Source: Cyanidioschyzon merolae
Taxonomy: Eukaryota
Reading direction: 5' to 3' (one strand)
Assembly (NCBI GenBank): GCA_000091205.1
Contig: AP006501.2
DNA length: 64,000 nt
The translations under genes and the position numbers were made by a program. Every line of letters begins with the position of its first letter. Positions within the stretch are counted from its first letter, which is position 1. The notes beneath the pieces were generated by a model. The model searched no databases. It was not told the origin of the DNA and worked only from the letters and a program-made list of their open reading frames with translations. Positions 53,817 to 64,000 of this stretch are shown here, piece after piece.

Positions 53817-54883
53817 GGTGACGACTGGAGCGATCATTCGCTGCCGTCGCTGCTGCAGCTGATTTTTTACCTCTGACGAGGGGTTTCTATTGTATTTGGA
53901 ATCGCGTATTGCGGGATGGATATTACGATTTATGTAAGTGTTCATCAGGATGCTGAACTTCAAGTTCCATGACAGATACTTCCTTGCGGATGTACTGGTC
54001 GTTTCGGACGTTCTATCATGAGTCTAGTGCCTGCAGTACGCATACGCGTTAGCGCCGAGACCGCTGGAGCGGATATTTCATAGAGCCCGAACGGCTTTGC
54101 CATACGACTGGGGCGGGGGGTGTTGGCCCAAGGCATGATTCACTGGACATCGGGGTCGGAGCGTAGAATCATTCTGGGAGCGTGCAAGCTGTGCAGACGC
54201 ACTGCCTGTGGCAGCAGCGCGAAGCGATATACAAGGAGTACACTGCGACCAGGGCGATGCCCAGACGCTGGCTAACTGCTCGAAATCCCAGAATAAGCGG
54301 CGTTTCTGACGAGTTGCCCAGGTCTCAATAAAGCTCCTGCAACTGGGGGCCTGAAGCACAAGCCTGGCAGGCTCGTGCGACTCGCGGGACCTTACGTCCA
54401 GAAGGTAAACTCTCGACGATACGGAAACCTTTGCCCCCTTTTATCGTTTGTCGTAGAGGGGCAAAGAAAATGTTATCTCGCTACTAGTTTGTAACTAGTC
54501 TCTGTCCTTTTGGGTATATCATGCGCTCGATACGCGCACCTCCATATCTGGCAGTCACAAGACCTGACGTGTATCGCGCCGATGAAGGGAAACGCGATCC
54601 TGATCATGAGCGTGTAGCTCCAACGTACAGGACGCATTTGCGTTGAGGTCATGCGAAAGTATAGTATTTCATCCCAGATGAGTTTCGACCCTCAATGGAG
54701 TGTATTCAAGTGATTTTTCGCGGTTTATAGTAGTAGCGTTCAAAGAGCATTCTTTTCCAAAAACAAAAAATCCAAGGGACAGGTATCGACCTGGATGTTG
54801 GGAATCCTTAAGGGCCATCATCGTCGAATTCGACGAAGAATAACCGAAGAAGAAATCCTCTTTTCGTCGACTATCGAGCGAAC

Positions 54884-55138
54884 ATGAGCGAACGATGCGG
54901 ACGAAGAAGACCGAGAATGGATGTAGGCGAGAAAGTGTGTGCCCGACGAGACGATGACGAGACTGTAGTGGCACAGAGGGCGCGGGTTCTGGGAATCCTT
55001 GGAAAATTGCGTTCAGCCAGAGGCAATAAACGTATGGTGCTCGTGAACCGAGACTTTAACGCCGTCATCAATATCAGACGATGGGCGGTGCTGAAGACGA
55101 GACACGAGGAGCTTACGCGATCTAGCTTTGTGGAGTAG
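54884..55138 (+). pseudogene. Solo relic of Fanzor/TnpB C-terminus (RuvC-III region)
   Basis: ETVVAQRARVLGILGKLRSARGNKRMVLVNRDFNAVINIRRWAVLKTRHEEL aligns with copy [47 protein letters not shown]. The antisense reading TALKSRFTSTIRLLP matches antisense ORFs in copies A and B. No upstream nuclease domains remain. Confidence 0.6.
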
Positions 55139-56125
55139 CCTCTCATGGGCGATGTGTACAGGGAGAAGCTGAAACCGATAGCAGGTCGCCTGTGTAGATA
55201 GGCTGGGAGGCGTCTGCACGTGGGTGTCAGTTTACGATCTCGAGGCGACGCCTCCAGTGGTGCGGAAAGGCCGTTCTGTCTGCGCTAATGCGAGACGCGT
55301 GGTGGTTACCTGGGCCCTGCTTTTCCCTTATAGGCTATTACGTGAGCCCTTGGGCACCTTCAGCACAGAAACGTTTCCAGTCTGCAACGTGGCGGGATAA
55401 GCGAGTCGAGCTCGGAGCGCTCCGTGTACAATCACGCTGTCTCCTTTCGCAAGTTACGATGCGTACCTGTTTCGCGGCTGGATTTTTGGCACCAAAAGCG
55501 CTGTAGGTACCGGGTTCAGGTACAGTTCCATCTCGCCAGATGCTGTTGGTGTCGAAGGATCGGCTTCAGGAGGAGGTAAGCGTCCGGCATTGCGTACCAA
55601 GAGGTCTGCGACGAGGCGTTCATCGCGCAGTTCGTCGCATCAGCAGGCGGGCACTGCTTGTAATCGACTGCCTGAGCGCTTCATTGAGACGATTCATAAA
55701 AGCCATCGTCGCCTTCAGATATCACTCTGAGAACTGTTTGGACGCTGCAGAACGATTCTCGGGATGCGCGAAACATGCCCAGAGTCGGCACCTGGCATGG
55801 GGTAGGGTCCTGGTCTGTTGTGGTGTAGGATCCTTAAATCTAACCAGGTTTCTGGCGATGCGCATCCGCTTCTGATGACCACGAAAGAGGCCTCGTTCGC
55901 TTCACTAGCGCATGTGTGTGTTCGGCAAGTCCCAGTCAAAATGCCCAACAGGTATAGAGGCTTGCTCATTCCAAAGGAACAGCGGTTATCGAGTCTACAG
56001 TGGGCGCTCGCGCCACCGCGGGCTCATTCTCACACGCTCACCGCAGAGGTTCGTTTCCTAACGAGCAACTCGCGCGTCTGCAGGCGCATTCTCCAACGAG
56101 ATGCCGACCCTGAAAACGTATATTT

Positions 56126-56345
56126 CGCTGTATTCCAAGTCTGGAATCATCCGAGGCACTAGATGCGAAGGCAGCCGGTTTCGGGAAGTGCTCGTCCCAG
56201 TCTGATACCGGAAATCCCGCTGTATTCCAGGTCTGGAATCATCCGAGGCACTAGATGCGAAGGCATCCGGTTTCGGGAAGTGGTAGTGCCTCCATCCGAT
56301 CGTATATCTCGTTGTACCCCAGGTCTGTAATCATCCAGATCACGA
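56126..56345. repeat. 92-bp tandem repeat, ~2.4 copies
   Basis: cgctgtattcca(a/g)gtctggaatcatccgaggcactagatgcgaaggca(g/t)ccggtttcgggaagtg repeats at 56126 and 56218, with a degenerate third partial unit at 56310. Confidence 0.7.
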
Positions 56346-56622
56346 CATACATAGGCATTATGTGTCGGGTACTCGACATTCCGCCTTGCTCGTGCTTCGC
56401 GCTGGCATACGATACAAATGAAGCACAGCCGCAGTTGCGCAGTCGCGGTTGCCAGGCCCGCGTTGCGTACGGCTGCGATGCCCGCCGGAGGACACAGCCT
56501 TGTGCTACGCTGGGCTCGTGCGGCGTTGCGCCCGTATACTGTTGGGCTCCGTTGGAGACGGTATGTCGGTTAGGTGGAAGCGGCTTCAAGCACAGCTCGG
56601 TTTCCTGTCTAGTGGACTGCGC

Positions 56623-57372
56623 ATGCAGCATACAATTTCGGAAAGCAAAGCACAAGGTGAACGAGCGCAAACTATAGCAGAACGACTGTGCAAGGTACGG
56701 GAGCGAATTCAAGTCGCTGCGCTTGCCGCAAAACGCGACCCTGCACGGGTTCGCCTAGTTGCTGTGAGCAAAACGCACGCTGCCGGTACCGTGCGGGAGG
56801 CGTATGACGCAGGTCAACGCCACTTTGGGGAGAACTACGTCCAGGAGCTGGTTGAGAAAGCGGAACAGCTACCGACAGACATAAACTGGCACTTTATCGG
56901 ACACCTGCAGAGCAATAAAGTGAGGACGCTGTTGAGTGTCCCGAACCTCTGGTGCGTTGAGACTGTCGATCGACCCAAGCTTGCGAATACACTGAACCGC
57001 CTCATGGACGAGTTGCGTCCCGACGGAGGTCCGATACCTGTGATGGTGCAGGTGAATGTCAGCGGGGAAGCGAGCAAGGCCGGGATAGAACCCGCTGCCG
57101 CTCCCGAACTCGTCGAGCACATCCTGCAGGCTTGCCCGCGGCTGAAGCTCCTCGGTTTAATGACGATAGGCTCGCCGGACCCGAGTCCAGAGCCTGTGGC
57201 GTTCCAAAGGCTCTCGCACTTACGAGACCAAATACAGGACCGGTTTAGGTTTCAAGAGCCGCTCGAGCTCAGCATGGGTATGAGTGATGACTTTGAGGCG
57301 GCGGTACGCATGGGTAGCACCAATGTACGCATCGGATCCACTATATTCGGGCCGCGTGTCTATCCGCAATGA
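56623..57372 (+). CDS. PLPBP: Pyridoxal-phosphate homeostasis protein (YggS/PLPBP, alanine-racemase-fold)
   Basis: VRLVAVSKTHAAGTVREAYDAGQRHFGENYVQEL...WHFIGHLQSNKV...LSMGMSDDFEAAVRMGSTNVRIGSTIFG is the canonical YggS family. The ORF is open from 56449. The ATG at 56623 gives a 249-aa protein. Confidence 0.8.
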   Translation: MQHTISESKAQGERAQTIAERLCKVRERIQVAALAAKRDPARVRLVAVSKTHAAGTVREAYDAGQRHFGENYVQELVEKAEQLPTDINWHFIGHLQSNKVRTLLSVPNLWCVETVDRPKLANTLNRLMDELRPDGGPIPVMVQVNVSGEASKAGIEPAAAPELVEHILQACPRLKLLGLMTIGSPDPSPEPVAFQRLSHLRDQIQDRFRFQEPLELSMGMSDDFEAAVRMGSTNVRIGSTIFGPRVYPQ

Positions 57373-57993
57373 ACAGATCAATGCTGCAGACGTTTTCAGG
57401 CGTTCTCTCCGGAGCTGGTTTGCGGCACGAATACGCAGCGACACCAGGTGCTCAGCAGTCCGCTCATACTCGATACCGGAACGCACCTGCACCTGAACGA
57501 TACCGATCAGCTTGCCCGTAACCCTCTCGTCAAGAAAGCGTGCGACTGGCGTAGCCCGTGAGCGTTGCGCCTGTGCGTAGCTATGAAGAAACGCACCGGC
57601 GGGGGCTTTAGCTGGGCGGCGAACCATATAGAATACACTGTTTAGGGTCTCTCATATCAGCTATCGGACGAGACGGCCTCGTATTCCAACCCCTGCTGGT
57701 GCGCAACTCGTTTCCAACTTCGTTCATTTGCGTTGTTCATGGAAGAGAAACCAGCTTGCGCTCTAAACAACTCGCTGCCGAAATGTTCAGGTTCACAGTG
57801 TTATACAGGAAACCGGGACAGCATGGCAAGCGTCTACGCTGTTGTCGTGTCATCACCACGAGCCCGAACCGACGTTGCGTGACGCCCTGGCCGTTGCTGA
57901 AGCCGTCCGACTCGCCAGAACGCTCTCCTCACCACTATGGCAGCCGCTGCTCTCGTATCGGGGAAATCCAAAATTGCACCCTCTGGTTTCAAA

Positions 57994-58380
57994 TCAACGC
58001 CGCAGTGCCAGTGCGACCCAGCCCAGAATAAACGCAGTTCCGCCGAGCGGCGCTACTGCACCGAGCCTCCGTTTACCCGTCAGCGTCAGCGCATAGAGAG
58101 AGCCCGAGAATAAAGCGATCCCAGTGGCGAAACACAAGCTTGCAACTTTGGCGGGTCGGTTTTCAAACGCACCACCTCGTGCAGCCAGCGCTAGTGCCAA
58201 CGAGTGCACCAGGTGGTAGGTTGCGCCGGTCTCCCAGATGCGTAGCAGCTTCGGGTCACTCACCCGGCGTGGCAATGCGTGGGAGCCAAACGCTCCCAAC
58301 GCAACCGCGAGTGCTCCCGAAAAGCCGGCGACACGCTGAACCGCGCTGGAACTCTCCCAAAACCCGGGCGTCTTCATCAT
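57994..58380 (-). CDS. DUF423 / TMEM256-like small membrane protein
   Basis: FSGALAVALGAFGSHAL...TGATYHLVHSLALAL...GIALFSGSLYALTLTG matches the DUF423 four-TM pattern. The start is at the MM doublet. Confidence 0.55.
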   Translation of the reverse strand: MMKTPGFWESSSAVQRVAGFSGALAVALGAFGSHALPRRVSDPKLLRIWETGATYHLVHSLALALAARGGAFENRPAKVASLCFATGIALFSGSLYALTLTGKRRLGAVAPLGGTAFILGWVALALRR

Positions 58381-58697
58381 GGTATCCACCAGGCCTGACG
58401 AGCGCGCATGCGAGAAGTCATCGCGAAGAATCGCGGCGCGCACGCCGCCCGAAAGCGAAATCATTCATGTGGGAATTTTAGCGGGAAAACGCTGGCTTTG
58501 GCGCTGAAACATATGATCGCGCTCGCTGCACCCGTGCTGGAATCGGAGGCGCGCGGCTCACAGCGGAAGCGATCTGGTGGTGCCGTCCATCCAGTGCGTG
58601 CTTATGCGCGTTTATGCGTGTTTATGCGTGTTTATGCGTGTATGCGTGTATGCGTGTATGCGTGAACCTCATAGACTCAGTTGCAGCTCTGTAGGCA

Positions 58698-59783
58698 TTG
58701 GTGCTCAAACGACGGGTTTCGGGTCTATCAGCCATCGAAATGAATGCCGAGGCGGCGCAGGAGAGTCAGGATCTTTACGCGAAAGATTTGCGGCATGTTG
58801 CGCAAGACTATTTCGTGGTGAGGACTCTCTGCAAAAGACTCGTTGTGGTGGAGTTAGAACTCTACCGAGCTCGGCGCCTGTGTAGAGCTTGGGCTCAGGC
58901 GCTAACTGCACAACGCCAACACACACCGCCGTGCATGCACGAGCAGCAGACGAGCAGCGAACTTATATCTGCTGCGGCTCATGGCACTTGTCCTTATCGC
59001 GAAGCAATGCTCTATCTATTCCGTCAGGTAGCGGAAACAGGTTCCGTGTCGGAGTATTTACGTGACGTTGAGCACAGGGGCGCTCGTGCGTCCTCTTTGA
59101 AGGCTCTGCTGGAAAGCCGATCGCCACCCACGCAGTGGACTCGTCACGAAAGCGCCTCGGCGGACTCTTCTGCAGCCTCTGGTCTGGCACATGGGAACCG
59201 AGTCCAGAGTCAGAGGGCACAAGCGCGGAGCGCAAACGTCAGCGACGGCGCCGAGCGGGCGTCCGCGCAACGGGTGCCGGCTCCGTCATCCTCGGAACCG
59301 GCGATCATGCAGGGCCAGCAGCTACCAGCTAACGTCGGTACCGATTTGAGCCAAGCCGGGCATTCGAAGCGACCATTGCAGTTCCAAACGCGTGGTACCA
59401 CGGGCCCCGAAATGGGCCCGTCTCGAACGACGACGCTCGCTGGATTCCGAGCAGCGCAAATGCCAACGAATGCTAGTGCATCTCAACAGAACCGGTGGCC
59501 GCCCTGGAACGAGCAGTTCATGGAAGCGCTCATGGAGAGCGAACGCGACACCGTTGCTGGGCTTATCGAACAAGAACGACTACAGACGCAGCTCAACCTT
59601 CTGCGCGGTGTCATGATGGATCTTGAGGTTCTGCTCGAACGATGTCCTTGCGAGGACGCAGACGGAGCGATTGATTGCATCGACAGTGCAGATGACGACG
59701 AGAATTCGTTACCACCTCTGGCTGAGAATGGCCATATCCGCAGCAACAAGGCCGAGATGTCGACCAATACCTTCGCATGCTAG
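58698..59783 (+). CDS. Hypothetical protein
   Basis: 361-aa ORF with no recognised domain. Support rests on codon-like composition and length only. Confidence 0.3.
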   Translation: MVLKRRVSGLSAIEMNAEAAQESQDLYAKDLRHVAQDYFVVRTLCKRLVVVELELYRARRLCRAWAQALTAQRQHTPPCMHEQQTSSELISAAAHGTCPYREAMLYLFRQVAETGSVSEYLRDVEHRGARASSLKALLESRSPPTQWTRHESASADSSAASGLAHGNRVQSQRAQARSANVSDGAERASAQRVPAPSSSEPAIMQGQQLPANVGTDLSQAGHSKRPLQFQTRGTTGPEMGPSRTTTLAGFRAAQMPTNASASQQNRWPPWNEQFMEALMESERDTVAGLIEQERLQTQLNLLRGVMMDLEVLLERCPCEDADGAIDCIDSADDDENSLPPLAENGHIRSNKAEMSTNTFAC

Positions 59784-60924
59784 CAGGGCCAAACCCGATG
59801 GACACTGCGGTATCGTGATCAAGATGGTCACATCAGACTGCGTATTGTCATTCATTGAACAAGTGCTCCCAGTGCAGCCGTCCCAGGCCAGTCTTTTTTT
59901 CGTTTGGTCGCTGTATTGGGACGCGTTCAAACGAATTTGCCGAACAAATTTTATGGCCAGCTTTCAGACGCTTTGCAGACCGCGCTACAGCGTTCTAGGC
60001 CTTTCTGAGCTACGATGCATCTCCCGTGCGCATGAGCTGAGGCGCGTTTGAATCGATATTCAACGCAGAGGCGCTGGACGTTTGTGCATACGCGATCTGC
60101 AATGCCAGTCATTACCGGTCTAGAGTCCTGCTGCGTCGTCGTCGTTGCCATCGACATCGCCGTAGACTGGAAACTGCGTCCTCGGGTATGAGATCCATGA
60201 ATTCGCCCGCGACGCGTCGACAGACGACCTGTACGTCCGGACAGCCCCTGGCAATCATTGTTCGGGTCAGACAAGTATCGCAATGCACTGCATGGATAGA
60301 GCAGCTGCTGTGTGTGCGTTGTCGCAGCCAATCCAGCTGAGCGTCATGGCGTGCACTATAGAGCAGAACGGTATATGCGGGCGCCGGTCTGGCGAAACAT
60401 CGTAGCAGGCCATTCCACAGATGCTCACGCCCATGGACAGCGGGGCGGCGTACGCCACATGACCATGGAAGCGAAGAAAATGCGCCCCCAGAAAACTTTG
60501 CTCCAAAAAGAATCAAACGGATACATGATACCAAACAGAGCCGCATCGGTCGCAGTGGCTATCCTGCTGGCGAGCGCTGGCTGCGCGTCAAGCTGCAAGT
60601 TGAGGCGCTCACTGCTGACATCGTTCCGCCCCGTTCTTCGGCACAAATTCGAACGCTCCACAAAGATGACCACATGGTGCTGGAGGAGCGCGCGCATGCG
60701 CCCGTCCTCATACACTTGGCCGGTTACCGCGAGTTTTCAAACCATCTGGTTCAATGTTTGGAGTGGCTGTCTATGCGGGATGCCACCTCACGCATGCTGC
60801 GTTCTCAGACGGTGGCATCGCTCGCTGGCATGCAACCAACGCGCGCGTCGTTTCAAGCTCGCCAGCAGCAGCAGCAGCACCAGCAGCGATCGCAAAATGC
60901 CGCACACGACGACTGCTCATGCAT

Positions 60925-62079
60925 CTATCGCCCGCGCCCGAGTTCCTGCGGTGACACGCGAAGCGTGATCCAGGCGGGAAGCCCCCACTGCGGATCCGAG
61001 ACTGCCATCGCTTCCACAATTCGCTCATTTGCCTGAAGTGGATGACTCTCGGGCCAGGTCTGGAGCGTCGTCACGCTCGCGTAGCCCTCTCGGATGGCGA
61101 CCAGGTCGGAGTTCACGAAGCCGTACAGCGGCTCTGGGCGCCCTTCTGCGCCAATGATGACCATTTCGGCAGAGTCTGGTTTCTGTCCAGCACCACTTCG
61201 AAAGACATCACGATAAAAAATCGCTCCTAAATGCGTTGTACGCCATCGTCCCCAATGCCAACGGGCAGGGAAGTTCACATTCAGTACCAAGTCGCCATAA
61301 CAGAACGCACTCCACACCAGATCCAAAGCATCCTCTGATGCAGCATCTTCGTCTGCTGCGACGGATCTGTTTACCTCTGTGGCAGGAGCCAGTGCTTTGC
61401 CACAGACATCACAGTGCCGCCGAGGCGTGCACCGCACACTGCTTGCGGTACCGGATGCCGTAGAGGTCTGCAGGCCAGGTCTCGGTCCATGTTCCGAGCG
61501 CCCGTGCAGGTGCAAACTCCTACACGGATCGAGACGTCCAGCGTTGGGTGGCGTTAACGGTAATCGTTCCACGAGCAGGGATACCAGAAACGCAGCGCCT
61601 TGAACGCACGCCTCCTGCGAGTCGCGTTGCAACGGTTCGCCTGCGAGACTGAAGGCTACCGCTGGGAGACCATAGAATCCGGCTTGTCGTGCACCGGAGA
61701 ATGTGCCGCTATGCAAGATATCTTGAGCGAGATTCGCGCCCAAGTTCGGCCCAGAGACGACTACGCGTGCGCATTTACCGAGGCGGGCGAGCAGTCCGTT
61801 CGGCTCGATAGCCGTGATCACACAGTCAGCCGGCGAGCCTGCCAGCGAGTACACACCTGTCTTGAGATCCGCTCGGTGCACCAGCTCCATAGGCGTCGCA
61901 AGTGTCAGTCGGTGGCTGCACGCTGATTGGTTTGTTTTGGGTGCGATCACTACCACGTCGAGTGCGTACTGTTCCTCCAGCGCCGCGGCCAAGCGCAGCA
62001 GCAGCACGGACTCAACACCGTCATCGTTCGTTAAGAGAACACAGGGTTTCAATTCAGTTGTTGTCGTGGGGTGCTGCAT
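60925..62079 (-). CDS. surE: SurE-family 5'/3'-nucleotidase / acid phosphatase
   Basis: VLLTNDDGVESVLLLRLAAAL...VVVIAPKTNQSACSHRLTL...GSPADCVITAI...VVSGPNLGANLAQDILHSGTFSGARQAGFYGLPAVAFSL matches the SurE N-terminal catalytic region. The ORF is open to 62487. The ATG at 62079 precedes the DDG motif. Confidence 0.65.
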   Translation of the reverse strand: MQHPTTTTELKPCVLLTNDDGVESVLLLRLAAALEEQYALDVVVIAPKTNQSACSHRLTLATPMELVHRADLKTGVYSLAGSPADCVITAIEPNGLLARLGKCARVVVSGPNLGANLAQDILHSGTFSGARQAGFYGLPAVAFSLAGEPLQRDSQEACVQGAAFLVSLLVERLPLTPPNAGRLDPCRSLHLHGRSEHGPRPGLQTSTASGTASSVRCTPRRHCDVCGKALAPATEVNRSVAADEDAASEDALDLVWSAFCYGDLVLNVNFPARWHWGRWRTTHLGAIFYRDVFRSGAGQKPDSAEMVIIGAEGRPEPLYGFVNSDLVAIREGYASVTTLQTWPESHPLQANERIVEAMAVSDPQWGLPAWITLRVSPQELGRGR

Positions 62080-64000
62080 TTTCCAAAGCGCACCCCGCTT
62101 TGTACACGGGCCGCCAGGCAGACACTTGAGAAGCACTCGGCTGGTACCTTGGTCGCGTTGCGTGCACCAGTGCCTAAGACGCTGGGCTCGAGTGCGGAAA
62201 CGCCAGGGAGTGGACCTATTTTTCCAAGTTGCTTGCAGCGCAACGTACATCAAGTCATCCAGCACTACAAGTCGTTTGAATACCACCTGGATAACCTGTT
62301 CTATGCACTCGAATAGACAGCAGCATACAGTCGCGACACCTCGACGAATTTGCGTGCTGGGGCGCTCTCTGTGGAGCTGGCGATAATGTTCCTTGAAATG
62401 AATGCCTCCGCATGGCGGTGCTTCAACGAGCGTTTTCCCGGAAAGGCGGCGGCGGCGGCACGGTTGCGGACTTCTGGGAATACTCATGTGCGGTTGACAT
62501 GGACTATCGAACGTCTCGCTCTGTTCCTGCTTTTCGGGGGCTTCCGAAGTTGTTTTAGATGCACATCATCGATTGAGGACCTGCAGCAAAGAGTGCTGAC
62601 AGGTTCATACGTAGTTCAAAGACGCTCAGCGGGTCTTTTCGGAGTGGCTGTTTCGATGCGGTGCAGCTGGGCGGATTCGCTCCGTCTCGGGGATCGAGAT
62701 GATTCGCGACGCTCGCGAACCAGGAATCGTGAAATCACGGATAGCATGATCCAGTTCGTACGGCCAAGGCTCTACGTTTCACTTTTCCTCAGGTCTAGCA
62801 CGCTTCGAGATTAAGATCTTGATGTTTCATGGCAAAGATTTGGCGCAGGTTTTCGCGCTGCTGGATGCATAAGGAGAAATGCTCGACATCTTCCATGGAT
62901 GACTTGTTCGCGAGTGCGTACCAAAAGTTGGCTGTATTTGTCGCATTCAATCATGGATTATTTTCGAAATATGAACCCTCAGTTTGTGGCCGTTGGCGAA
63001 ACGGATTCCACGGTAGCACGATATCTCTCACAGGATCTGCCACCAGACGCTCCCATCTATCGTGCTTTTCATAGCTAGGTATCTTGGACTGGGGTTTGAG
63101 GTATCGCATCGACCTCATTCAATGGAGAATGCGTCGTCGCTTTGCACGAAGGAGGCCTGAACGGATCGAAACTTTTCGACTTGTTCTCCAGGCGGGATTT
63201 TCATTCCGATGCTTGTTTCATGACGGACGACATCGCTTGCCGCAGATTCTCCTATCGAATGGAAGAGCGTGCGCCTGCTTGTGCATCTGCCAGAGCAGTC
63301 GTCAATGGGATCGCCCAGGTAATGCCAGTGCTCGTCTGGTGCGGTACTGGGCGCGGAAACGAATTAGGGTATCGGCAGGAGCGCTCTGTAACCGTCCAGG
63401 GCATCTGGTGAGCTATGGAGTGCGCCTCGACGCAATACGGGGCGGTCCACAGGGTAGCAGGTGTGATGTACGGATCGAAACGCCTGACAACCGCCATGCA
63501 TGACCGTTGGGAAAGGAGCACTCGGGCCATAAACAGAGAGAATGACAATGACGAGCGAGGCGTAGACTGCAACCACCGCCTGTGCATGACGTGCGTAGAC
63601 GACAACCCGAAGCAGTGCCATCGAGACCCAAACGCTGACATTCACATTACAAGGGTGCTGACAACGGAGCTGCCGGGAAACGAGACACCGGGCATAAATG
63701 GAACCGCAAGTCAGAGAGAGGAATACGAAGCAATCGCTTAAAGAAGCCCGTGAACACTGACGATAATCACCCTGAGAACAGACACAAACTTTACTGCCAA
63801 CGACCGCGTTGGACGACTTGCTTCCTTCTTGACTGATATTCATGCACCATCCAAATGATCCTACACCCGAAGGAGGAAATCGTGTTGGCAATATCTGAAA
63901 TCCCTGTTTTGCTGGAACGATTCGAAACCTGTAGGAAATCGGGCCGCGAACACTGCCTGTCCGCACTTGTTTTTCTTTTTTCGTATGACGCAGCGTCGCG

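Noticed and set aside
58601-58665. The (tgcgtgt/tgcgtgttta)n microsatellite and the (gcacgcat)n tract at ~31230..31300 as functional elements.
   Set aside because: These are ordinary short simple-sequence repeats in intergenic DNA with nothing to suggest function.

Overview
This window is a GC-rich (about 55-60%), gene-dense and apparently intron-poor eukaryotic nuclear region. The evidence for a eukaryotic origin is that long uninterrupted ORFs encode unmistakably eukaryotic proteins: the Listerin/LTN1 RING E3 ligase, APC11, BRX1, TGS1, and a MAP3K-epsilon/Cdc15-like kinase with an ARM-repeat tail. There are roughly 25 protein genes on both strands at about 3-4 kb per gene. TAA, TAG and TGA are all used as terminators, so the genetic code is standard. 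Several genes are of plastid or cyanobacterial flavour and carry N-terminal extensions: a FabG 3-oxoacyl-ACP reductase, an M48/HtpX-like protease, and an adjacent FetA/FetB-type ABC ATPase and permease pair. This hints at a plastid-bearing, intron-poor protist or alga, possibly red-algal-like, but the host identity is unresolved. The main finding is a roughly 3 kb mobile element present in two copies, at 3541-6588 (decayed) and 26688-29645 (near intact), plus a third solo relic at 54884-55138. The element carries a eukaryotic TnpB homologue of the Fanzor1 type. Its protein has a RuvC-I GADPGNT motif, the TnpB-like VDEFRTSYT motif followed by a Cys cluster, and a Ruv[15 protein letters not shown] motif, with the 3' end of the gene only about 50 bp from the element terminus, where a guide (omega) RNA would be expected. 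Other notable structures are a four-unit array of CACGTG-containing repeats abutting a gene start, an 81-bp minisatellite, and a Cys-rich protein with a duplicated, unrecognised CxxC...CxxCRxRHxMM...CxWGxxCRLC module that sits next to a C15 homopolymer.
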